Shown here: in pieces, positions 1 through 10,548 of the stretch
Numbering within the stretch: position 1 is the stretch's first letter
Layout: every line of letters starts with the position of its first letter
Origin: Yuukianura sp. NJ FZ-2021
Lineage: Eukaryota
Length of the DNA stretch: 64,000 nt
Assembly: GCA_046563655.1 (NCBI GenBank)
Contig: CM102286.1
Coordinates: forward strand, 6,944,001 to 7,008,000
Direction: 5' to 3'
Translations under genes and position numbers: made by a program
Notes under the pieces: generated by a model
What the model saw: only the letters and a program-made list of their open reading frames with translations
What the model was told of the DNA's origin: nothing
Database searches by the model: none

Positions 1-146
1 AGTCGAGGTGAGCCTGTAGTGCGTCACAAACAGTTTCCATAATTTTTGATATGATATGCATGAGTAGATGAGTTTTGTGCCTTCATATTAATTAATACAA
101 ACATTCTTTACCCGGCAATTCACGACGCTTTGTGTTTTCTTTTTAG

Positions 147-1537
147 CTGGAATCGAATCCTACGTGTTGGTCTTCTGATTGGAGTTGTAACGTTTCTGCC
201 ATCTTCCAATCTGGTATTCGCCGTCGGGTTTGTCATTGCCGAGCGAAATCTTTATCTTCCGTCCGTTGGATTTTGCCTTGTGAGCAGCTATGCTGTCTTA
301 AAATTTTCAAAGGGGAAAGCCCTTCTGACCTTCATCGCTGTCATGTTTTACGCAAGGTCAATTCATCGATCAATCGATTGGGTTAACGCAGAAAAACTGT
401 TCCAATCCGCCCAGAATGTGAGTATGAAAACTGTCATAGGCAGTTTGAGAAAACTTTAACAAATGTGACAATTATCAATTTTAACTTTCTAATCACACAG
501 GTTTGTCCAAATAATGCAAAAGTGCATTACAACATTGGTGCTGTACACGCGGAAACTGGAAATTTTGAGTCTGCAATGACGTCATATCGGCACGCCATTC
601 AACTGAAACCGGACTACTATCAAGCCATGAACAACTTGGGAAATATTTTGCGTTCCCGAGATGAACTGACAGAGTCAGAATTCTGGCTTCGGAAGGCGGT
701 GCTTATCAAGTAACTACATTCCGAAAAATTTACTTTTGCACTTAAGTTTTAAAACTTAATAGAATTTTTGAGTAACACTCATGTTATACAGAGATGACTT
801 CGCAGCGGCCTGGATGAACTTGGGCATCGTAATGAGTAAAAAGAACGCTTCCGAAGCCATGGAGTGCTACAAAACGGCAGTAAAACATCGCCACTTCTAT
901 CCAGACTGCTATTACAACATTGGCAACTTGGTAAACTCCTTTTTCTCCAATCTTTATAAAAACTATTTTCTAATTCTTCATTTTTATGTTTTGCAATAGT
1001 ACAGTATTTGGAAAGAAAGGACTATTCTAAAGCATTACAGTCCTGGATTCAGGTTACAATTATGCAGCCTTCGCATGTTCAGTCGTGGCTGAATATCATT
1101 ATTCTTCTTGAGCAACAAAGACGCTTTCACGAAGCAAAGCAGTACGGTGAAAAAGCACTAAAGGCAATTGGATTCGAAGAAGACACACTCCAGTTTTTAC
1201 TGGGAAATATTCATGGGCAACTGGAAGAGTACCAGGTAGCTGAGGAATTTTTCCTGAAAGCCATCAAACGATCTGAAAAGTCGACTCCAGCCAAGTATTG
1301 GTCCAATTTGGGTAAGTCATTACCTTTTAGTTTTCGCTGTGTAATTCTTTATGAATGTGAAATTGTGAAATGTGTGATTTTAAGTCATTTTACGTTTTAG
1401 GTGTACTTTACCATCGCTGGGGAAAACTGGGCGATGCTCGTAAATGCTACGAAAAAGCATTAGAGATTCAACCGAATCTGGAATCTGCACGTAGCAATTT
1501 ATTGCGTCTAAAAAATTTAGAATCAAGGCAAAGCTGA
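147..1537 (+). CDS. TMTC4: Protein O-mannosyltransferase TMTC4-like, 3' exons (147-417, 501-709, 792-930, 1005-1311, 1401-1537); 5' part upstream of window
   Basis: Motifs FLPSSNLVFAVGFVIAERNLYLPS, VCPNNAKVHYNIG, DFAAAWMNLGIV, YPDCYYNIGNL and TPR repeats. GT-AG introns join the exons in frame; stop TGA at 1535-1537. Confidence 0.9.
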
Positions 1538-2029
1538 CGAAAAGAAAATGATGTTGTATTTTAGAAAACTACGGCGTGTGATCCATCTCCGGCGGTTTTC
1601 TGACAAACACTGTCAAGAAAATCCTTTACAAGTCTGCACCACCGCTGAAGATATTTATGTTAAAAGCTTTTTTTTTACTGCTTCAGCTTTGCACCAATCC
1701 ATTTTAAAATTTTGTTGTATGGACAAATTTTACACTAACTATAAAATAGAGAATTAATTTATAAAAGTAGCTACCATTTAAAACCCTCATGCAGCAAACT
1801 CCTATGGAACATTTTCTATACATTGAATGGAAAGGTCAAGTTGCAAACACTGAGGCACTATTAATTCAGTTAAGGAAGGTGTAGTTTAGTAAAGGAATGT
1901 GAGTATATGTTAGATTGAGCTCCACAGCATTAACAACAACTAAAAGAGTACTTTCAAAAGGAAGATCGGTTTTAGTTCGGACTCTGGAAAAAATTTAAAG
2001 TGCTTCTGCGCCTTGTATGGCACGCGGGT

Positions 2030-4537
2030 TTAATGGAATTGGTTTAGTTGCCTTTTCTTATTGATATGACTTGTAATTGCCAGTGCACCACCTTGCAGGA
2101 ACCTAAAAATTATGGCTAATTTAGTATGTTGTTTTACAATTCATGGAAATAGAGATATAATCTGTCAATTGATTTACCGAACAAAATTTTCTCCAACTAA
2201 GGGCCCCATAGCGTACAATCCAGGCGTCCGAACACTCTCGTGCGTCGATACGTCTATAGCCATCGGGTTGTTTTTGCAATCAATTGGTGATCCAGGATAC
2301 ACGCCCAACTTATTTTCCAACTCCCCCATAAAAGATAAATTCGGATGCGAACCAATGCAGACGACAATATAAGAAATCTAGAATGAAATAGCGGGAATTT
2401 TTGAAAAATTGGTTTTTCTAAAGTTGGCGATAAAACTCACCTTAGCCACGCAGCAACCGGTAGGGCCAGCAACCTTGACTTTACGATCTGGTCCTACCTC
2501 CAGCAGGACATGTTGCTGATAACCTTTGTACCCGTCGTATCCTGTAGAGTCTTTCATCATCTGGTACACTTTGTGATACTCCGGATACATATTTTGCGGT
2601 AGCTGCCGAAATATCAACTTGAGATCATCAACCGATCGGCGGAAAATATGGATGACTGGAGAGAAATTGAAAAAAAATCATAAAAAATCGGATCTCTTTG
2701 TGTTTCTATTTCAGAGCAATGGAAAAAAAAACTGCAAGGTTACCAGGTACGGAGTGAAATCGAGCTGCAATGATTGCGTCTGCTGCTGACAGTCCAGCAC
2801 CGACGACAAGGATCGGATCCGAATTCTTGTTCAAATGCCCGGAAACTATGAGGTCCTCCAAATGGTTCAATGAGTGAAGCACGAATGGCAAAGATTCTCC
2901 AGGAATATTTAGGATGTTAGGCTTATCCGACGCTCCAGAAGCAAGTACGACATTTTTCGTCAAATATGTGAACGGAGCACATACTTCGTCGTTTTCAGTT
3001 GACGTGACTGTGAATCCCGTGACTTCCCACAGTGGAGCAGCACCAGGCAACGGTGTTCTAAAAACAATTTATACAAAAAACGTCATTTCTAAACTCAGAT
3101 TTACCAAAAACAAAAGAAATCCGCCCACCTCTGTTGAACTTCCGAATCATTGAGTGGGATTTCGCCTATGGTATGCCGTCGGAGCCTGGAATACCGCGTT
3201 CTGTTTCCAAGGAGTATGGTATCACGGTTCACAGGTTCCGGAAGTCGCTTCTGCCTCACTCGTCTGACGCGAGTGACAATTGAGTTCTGCATGAAGTAGC
3301 GGCTCAGATCATGCGCCTTGACGTAGTCGCAATAATACTGCGCAACGGACGAAACTGGGGCTCTGGACTCTCGGCAACAACGTGACGGCTGTTTAGCTTC
3401 CCATTCTCGGAAGTTCATTTCTGGAAGTTCCATCCAGCATCCAAGGCTAATTGTGAGCACACTACCGTCCATGGCTTGCCAGGCTCCACCGGGAGGGCCT
3501 CGACCCATAACGAGGTGGTTGACGGCATTCTTCTCTGAAAATTCCCAGTTGAGTAGCGATGGGAGCTCAAGGCCAAGGTCAGCTTGTGGGTGATTCAGGA
3601 TGTCAAAGAGCAGGGAAACTGGGTTGGAGGATCTGCCTTCAAGATCCTAAACATAAAAATATACGGGTTTCATTAAAAAAATGTTGTTGTTTTTTTTTTT
3701 CAAAGATTTTTATATATTCCGCTAGAGCGAGGCTATTTGGCTTCTGCATGTGGAAATTGAACGATTAGCGGCACGAAGGTTATAAATTATCTTTGAAAGT
3801 CCAAAGTAGCAAACTTCGAGCAGCCAAAACAGAAGTAGCCTCACTGCCTTGCGTTGCCAATTGTAATCAACGCTTTAGCTGCTTAAAGTGATTGCAAAGT
3901 GATGCTATAAATCTCAGATTGGTAGTTTTAATCACTGATAAAGTGACATTTGCAATCATGCCGGACATAGAAAGTCCATCTTCAGCTTGCACGTGAAGAT
4001 TTCGTGCTCTTCTACAAAATTGGTTCACTTTATAGTCAAAATTAAAACGCACTACGTTGATTGCGTCATTCTAAAGCGTGAAATTAATGTTCTTAACGAC
4101 TTAATGTTAAGTGACGACGGTAGTAGTAAAAAATATAGACGCCATGATAAAAAAAAAGTATCACTTTGTAGAAGAATGAAAAAAATTTCTGCTAATGACA
4201 AACGAAAAACTTCGATTTGTTCAATTTTCAATTATGTTAAACAAACGGTTTTGAAACTTTCACTTACTTGTGACAGGAATGTAAGGTCCTGTTCCACAAT
4301 TGTCTTTGGTTTGGAATTATTTAGTCCATTTTCTCCGGAAACGACGAGTCTGTAATGCAGCATCGGATTGAAATCTTCTCCAAGTCCATTGTAGTAAGGC
4401 CAATTTCCGGCTAGGAAGTAGGACAGCACGATTCCGGAAGGTCCATTGCCAATCACTACTACTTCTTTGTAGCACTCGTCTGACCCCATGTCAAACAGCG
4501 CCTCAAAGCTTCCTTTCGCTTCTAGTACACCCACCAT
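2030..4537 (-). CDS. OSGIN: Oxidative stress-induced growth inhibitor (OSGIN1/2-like) FAD-dependent oxidoreductase, about 6 coding exons
   Basis: VVVIGNGPSG (Rossmann), GRGPPGGAWQ, VVLASG, LVVGAGLSAADA, LPQNMYPEYHKVYQMM and C-terminal FLQGGALAI...*. Stop at 2030-2032; ATG at 4537 is the most likely start but is not certain. Confidence 0.88.
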
Positions 4538-7345
4538 TATGTTTCCGAGTTCAGCGCTGCTTTTGTTTACTCTCTGCACGTCACGGGCATTCTGAAAAAA
4601 TCAATTTTCATAGTGAACAGTTCAGAGTTTGAATTGTTAATTGACACTTCCAAGCCACTTCTGAGAAAGGCGATACTTAAAATGATGGAACTTCTTGAAT
4701 CAAACTTCAAATCGAAAATGAACTGTGAAAAAGTATCACCAAAGAGGCTAGCCCGCATTTGTTTACGTTCTTATTAGCCATTCACTATTGGGTTAATCAC
4801 TATACGAAAATGAAGTTGGACGAAAGTCTGTCATTCACAAAGCGGCATTAATGCATATCAAGTCGAATTGAGTTTATAATGTGGTAAGTGTTGACCCCTT
4901 ACTTACTGTAATCTTACGTTGATGGATTGTAACGTCTGTCACGAGATGTTGGTCACAGACCTTGATCTTTAGACCTCCTTATCCACATCATATCTCATCA
5001 CTTCCAGCGCTGCAAATGCTAAGCGCGGGGGCCCGAAGTCGGCACCGGCCTCTTGGGCCAGTATTTTCTACCCCACGGTCACGACCTTTAGGACATTTAC
5101 GCTTTTCCGATTCATCATTGATTGTTGGCAACCAAAAACACTTATCGACTGTTCCTTGTTGTCTCGAGGACGACGACGCTTTAAGACACCGCAGAGTTTT
5201 TAAATATTCAGTGCCATTGTAGGTAGTTACTTTCTTAACAACAACACCAAACACAACAAAATTCGGCGAAAGTCGGAGACAGTTACAAAATATTGACCGT
5301 GTTTTGTTCAGAAATTGTTAGGATTTTAAAGCAACATGTCAAAGAAAAAATAAAATAAGCCGAAAAATTTCCATACAGAAAACCTTTACTTTCACTTTGC
5401 TTGGCCGGCTTATTTTAATTAACCTCAAAACCGCTAATTAAAAAACTCAAATCCTCCTGCGTTTTGAGTAAGGTCAGATACGAGATTAAGGTCACAAAAT
5501 CCATAAGCACGCACAGAGTTGGCTCAAGAACCCACCGTCTATTCTAGAAACAAATCTGGGGTGTCGTTTTAATTGGATCCGCTTGCATTCCAGACGAAAA
5601 GATACTTTAACATACGCGAAAACGTTTTGTGGCGAAAAGATGAATCATTTCCATTGTAGAATAAAAAAAAAAACAGAAACCATGATGACTTCATCATATT
5701 TTAAAACTCGGTTCAAAACAAAAGTTGTATTGATTAATTTACTCAAGTACCAATATCTTGATTGTCTAAAATACGCAAAATGTCCAGTACATGACAAGTC
5801 ATGCGGTTGGTTGCACTTGACCTTTTCCATGAGATAAACGAAACACGCTGTACGAAAATATATCGGTTAATTGCATTCCAATGCGTCTGCATCATCACTG
5901 ACAAATAAATTTAAACTAAACTAATATTTTTTACCGCTGGTTTTCATTCCAATAGGCAACGACAGAACCGATGAAAAAACGAAGAAATTTTGTCCGTTGC
6001 ATTTGACACAAGCATTTATTTCTATCTAATACGCTAAGTTTAATAGCTTACACTGAGGGTTTCATTTACATTGTAGAAATTGGAGTAAAAAGGTCAATGG
6101 TACATGCAATAACAATATGGCGGTAGGTACAAAATATAGTAATGTTAGCCAAATAAACATTGTAATGCTTTCATTGGTAAACAAATCTAATTTCCGTTCG
6201 TCCGCTCCTAGATTTGACCTTCGCCTGAAGGTTACACCTCGGGGAAAATGGAAAGCTCAAAAAATAGAGCCGCAAAACTTTCACCTTCATAACTAAAGGG
6301 CAAACAAATGGAAACCTGCGCCTTTCTTTTTCGTGTGGGTTTTAAAAACTTGCTACTCATCCGTAAAAGGTGTAAATCACATCATCATAAAATGATAGCA
6401 AATCATAGTTTACTATGTTGTGCTTGTTCACCGCGAATTGTGCACTTTACACGTGCATTGCACGTAAAGTGCGACACTTTACACCAGTTTAGTTTGCTTT
6501 CTGTTTAACCGTAAAATCGATAAGCACTTGTTTTTAGGAAATTCAGCAGTCAACCCTCCCTGCTAAAATATTTATGCAGAAATCACAACAGTATCACAAT
6601 GTTTGTCGGAAATTCTCAGAAAATGCAAAAATTTTGCAATGAATCTTTCAACACAACTGAAATTTAGAATGACAATTTCTTCTAATTCAATTAACCCAAA
6701 AAATTTCTAAAAAGACTAAAAAATAAAATTATAAAGCCATTTTAGAAAATATTTTACCTGTGGAACAAATGGAAAGTACTCGCGATGATGTTGCGAATTT
6801 CACAAAACACTAACGAAACGACAGTAGTGTACTCTAGAACCTAGAATGCAGTAGAGTCGGAATGAGTCGTCAACGTCAAAATCAAGCCAAAGTTTGTATT
6901 GGTGTTGTCTGGCTCACTCTTAGTCGACGTCTGAAAGTGACACTACTGTTGTTGAAATAGAAAAGACGTCGGGGATTTTGACGTGTTATAACAACAGGAT
7001 GGAGAGCACCGGGGACCGAATCGTTAAAATGTCCCAAAATAGAAGTCTCGCCCGACAAGACACGAATAAGCTTTCGAAGGTTGACGTTGCGCTTGCGGTT
7101 TACAGGGAACCTTTGCCTTGCTTTTCACAGGGCTCAAGAAGCAAAGTGCCAAAAATGACAAGGGCAAGTGCTTACTTTAGCCACCCTCTAAACACGCCTG
7201 CCTAAAGTAAAATGACGAAATTGACTGAACGTATTTGAACTAAAATGATTGATTAAAACACGCCCTTCAGATTAGAACTAATAGATGATAGTAAAATAGG
7301 ACTTTGCTTGTCACAAGACTATTGATTGATAATAATATCTTAAAT

Positions 7346-8034
7346 GATTCCCGGATCCTTATGGACGGACACTTATGGACGGACTCTTATGGACGGACTC
7401 TTATGGACGGACACTTATGGACGTACCCTTATGGACGGACTCTTATGGACACGGACACTTATGGACACGGACTCTTATGGACACGGACACTTATGGACAC
7501 GGACACTTATGGACACGGACACTTATGGACACGTACCTTTATGGACACGTACTCTTATGGACAGATACTAATGGACCAGAGAAAGTGGTCACCAAATTAC
7601 AATTTTCGAAGGCTATAAAAAACCTTATTTCGAAAAAAACCCATACCTAACCTAAAAAAAACCTCGAGAGAATCCGTAAACCTAACCTAACCTAACCTAA
7701 CCTAACCTTTAAAAAAACCTAACCTAACTTAACATAAACCCTCGAGACGTAATCAGCATTGCGAACTTTAAAAAACCTAACACCGCGCCTTCGGCGCGGG
7801 GAACTATAAACTACAGGCTGTCCATAAGGATACGTGTCGATAAAGGTACGTGTCCATAAGTGGCTGTGTCCATAAGTGTCCGTGTCCATAAGAGTCCGTG
7901 TCCATAAGAGTCCGTCCATAAGGGTACGTCCATAAGAGTCCGTCCATAAGAGTCCGTCCATAAGTGTCCGTCCATAAGAGTCCGTCCATAAGTGTATAGG
8001 TCCATAAGTGGCCGTCCATAAGGATCCGGTCACG
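7346..8034. mobile_element. Non-autonomous foldback / Mutator-like (MULE) element with tandem-repeat inverted arms
   Basis: Inverted arms begin CCGGATCCTTATGGACGG (7351 onward; reverse complement ends 8029) and are built of ~15-17 bp TTATGGAC-based subrepeats. A 9-bp direct repeat ATCTTAAAT flanks it (7337-7345, 8035-8043). The spacer contains (CCTAA)n. Confidence 0.85.
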
Positions 8035-8635
8035 ATCTTAAATACAGTAGCCACTTATGCTGTGATGTAATTCACTGAAGGTGCAGAAAAGAATATTCTA
8101 GATTTACCCTACCCACTTCCGTTCGGTTTTTTTTTTACTAGGTAATGTATGTCGTTTCTAAATAATCCCGGAGGTGGTTATTTTAAAAACTAAGTAAATT
8201 AAGGACTTAAGGAGTGAAACATGACTGATTGCATGTTTTAAAAGTTAACTACTGAAAATGCGAAAATGAAACATGCTACAACTTTGACAACACTAATGAC
8301 GACTTATGTAACCGAATGAAAAGGAGCGTCAATTCACTTGGAAAGAGAAAACAGTACGAATTACGAATCCGACAAATAATGGAGTTATACAATATTTAAA
8401 TTTTGTAAAATCCCTAAATCCTAACTTACTACTTCCGGAACATAGGGTGAGAATGAGACCCAAAAATAAACGATGTGAACATTCCAAGCAGCATTTGAAT
8501 CTTGTTTTACTAGGGATTGTAGTAAGTTGGAAGTAATTAACAAAACTTATGTGTAACATTCAGTCATCTATCTTCCTTCACAAAAATTTGACTAATATAT
8601 TTTGTCCTTACAATTATTTGATCAGAGCAGAGTCC

Positions 8636-9036
8636 TTAGGACTTGTCAATTTTAGCCAGAATGTCGTGTTCCCTATAGATGAACAGTTCCTTTTCATCAA
8701 TTTCAACCTTGGTTCCACCGTATTCCGGAAGAATTACAGCATCCCCCACTTGAACTCCTACGGGGACGTGATCTCCTTTCTGGAAAAGACAGGAAACAAT
8801 TACTTTTTACACTAAATGAAACCCTTGAACCTCTGATTTTAATATAAAGTTACATCATTCCTGGCCCCAGGTCCAACGGCGATTACAGTTCCTTCCAGTA
8901 CTTTTCCTTGTGCCTTCTCCGGAATGACAATTCCGCCTTTTGTTTTGGTAACTGCTTCTGCTTTTTGAACAATGATTCGGTCCAACATTGGAGTGAGTTT
9001 CCGGGATAAACTTTGAAGAGCTGCCCTGGCCGACAT
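8636..9036 (-). CDS. Hsp10: 10 kDa mitochondrial chaperonin (exons 9036-8854, 8779-8636)
   Basis: PMLDRIIVQK...TKGGIVIPEKAQGKVLEGTVIAVGPG spliced to VGDAVILPEYGGTKVEI...DILAKI; stop at 8636-8638. Confidence 0.96.
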
Positions 9037-9535
9037 CTAAAATAAAACAAATGCTCTGTACCGATACTGGACAATGAAGTAAAAGTTTGCAATTTGAGTT
9101 TACGATTTAGGTTGGATTCTATCAAACGTGGCGCAGATGAAAATTTTTATATTATTGCCAATCAATCCACCGATACTAAAATGTCGACTTACTTTTTAAT
9201 AAAGTTGACGATGTTCTAAAAATTCTTGAAACAACGGTTAATTTGAGCTGAAGATAGGAAAGCACCGACAAGACAAACTCCAGTAAAAAGAAAATTGAAA
9301 TTAGAAAGGAGGGTAGGGTCTAGGGTGCCGTAATAAAACAGGACTTGTAATTCACCACTCCTATACTTATTACAAACTCATATTTATCTGTATAAAAGGA
9401 GGAGAGGAAGGTAGTCTGCCGGTCTTTTTTTAGTTGTTCGAAAGCACGTGTTGTGTGGCCCTACTAGCAGTATGCATTGAAACAGTATTTTTTAAGTTAG
9501 GGCGACTGCTGCATTCTGGTGACGGGGCCGACTAC

Positions 9536-9550
9536 AGTTCCAGAAACTTC
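9536..9550. promoter_or_regulatory. Heat shock element in the Hsp10/Hsp60 bidirectional promoter
   Basis: agTTC-caGAA-acTTC gives three alternating nGAAn units between the divergent chaperonin genes. Confidence 0.8.
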
Positions 9551-10548
9551 TAACTGTGAAGGGAATTATGTAGCGAACCACTGTTCGCTACATAATCTGT
9601 TCGAATTTAACGCGTTCCAGTTTCCAGTTTATCGAAAACCTTTAAACTTAACACAGTAGATGAACAGTAATTAACTAAAATTCGCATTTGGTTTTTTTAA
9701 CTCAAATTTCATTTTAATTCCAGAAACGGTGATACCAAAATATGTTGAAAAACTCAAGATTAATTTAAAATAAAAGAAAACAGGACGAATGTTTAAATAC
9801 TACCCAAATATACGCTGGTATTTTATCAAATTTTCTTGCATTTCCATGCCGTGTGAGGACAGGAATCGTTGTGTATTTCAACTTGGTTTAACATTTCGAC
9901 TTGCAAAATAAGTTGTTTTTTTTTTTCGTATTTTACTCAATTGTCACAATTTCGAATTTAATTAAACGGATTCTTTTGGGCGCAAGGGCCCTCCATTGCC
10001 AAAATTTGAAGTTCATGAGGGGAAGGAGTGCCGGCGTCGTTGAGAAGTTTCTATCCACTTTGTGCCATTGGATGGATATTTCTGGGATTGCACCATCCAA
10101 GAATTTTCTGGAGGATCGGCCCTGCCTACAGGATTCATGGTTCCGGCTAGCCTGACGCAATAAGATGAACCGCATACTGTAGGCAGGGTTAATGCTAAAA
10201 CACACGTGCTCTGCTCTAGAAGCAATAGAAACCCCTTCATCCCTACCGGCCGGCATAGCAGATCGGCTTTTAACTTTACTCTTGTCTTCTTGGTGTCGTT
10301 TCGTTCGGTACAACCCTCCCTCCTTTGCTATTTTTCCTGTGTATAGAATCTCCATTTGGAATTGACCCGTCGTTCTTTCTTCTGTGGACTTTGTTGAATC
10401 GCTGACTCTCCGTAATCGGGCTACCAATTTGAAACCAATTTAAACTTAATTGTTTACCTAAACTGCAAATCGTAAGTCTATTCTTCAGTCTGTCTTCGTG
10501 TATTTATGGACAATCAAAAGTGATTTTTTTCGCTTTGTTTCGTTGTAG

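Noticed and set aside
4988..5254. Possible antizyme-like frameshifted ORF
   Set aside because: No UCC-UGA shift site, and the alternative frames after the stop close quickly.
7646..7730. (CCTAA)n as a true or relic telomere
   Set aside because: Only a few units, internal to a TSD-flanked element.
7304..8054. Repetitive ORFs (WTDTYGRTLMD...) and CRISPR-like appearance
   Set aside because: These are translations of the minisatellite arms of the foldback element. There are no unique spacers or cas genes, and the DNA is eukaryotic.
9933..10427. 164-aa minus-strand ORF, and identification of this segment as RNase P or MRP RNA
   Set aside because: The ORF has a non-ATG start and no recognisable domain. 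The RNase P (GGAAGGUCUGAG / UUCAGACUA) and MRP (GAAAGUCCCC / GGGGCU) P4 motifs are not found as a matching pair.
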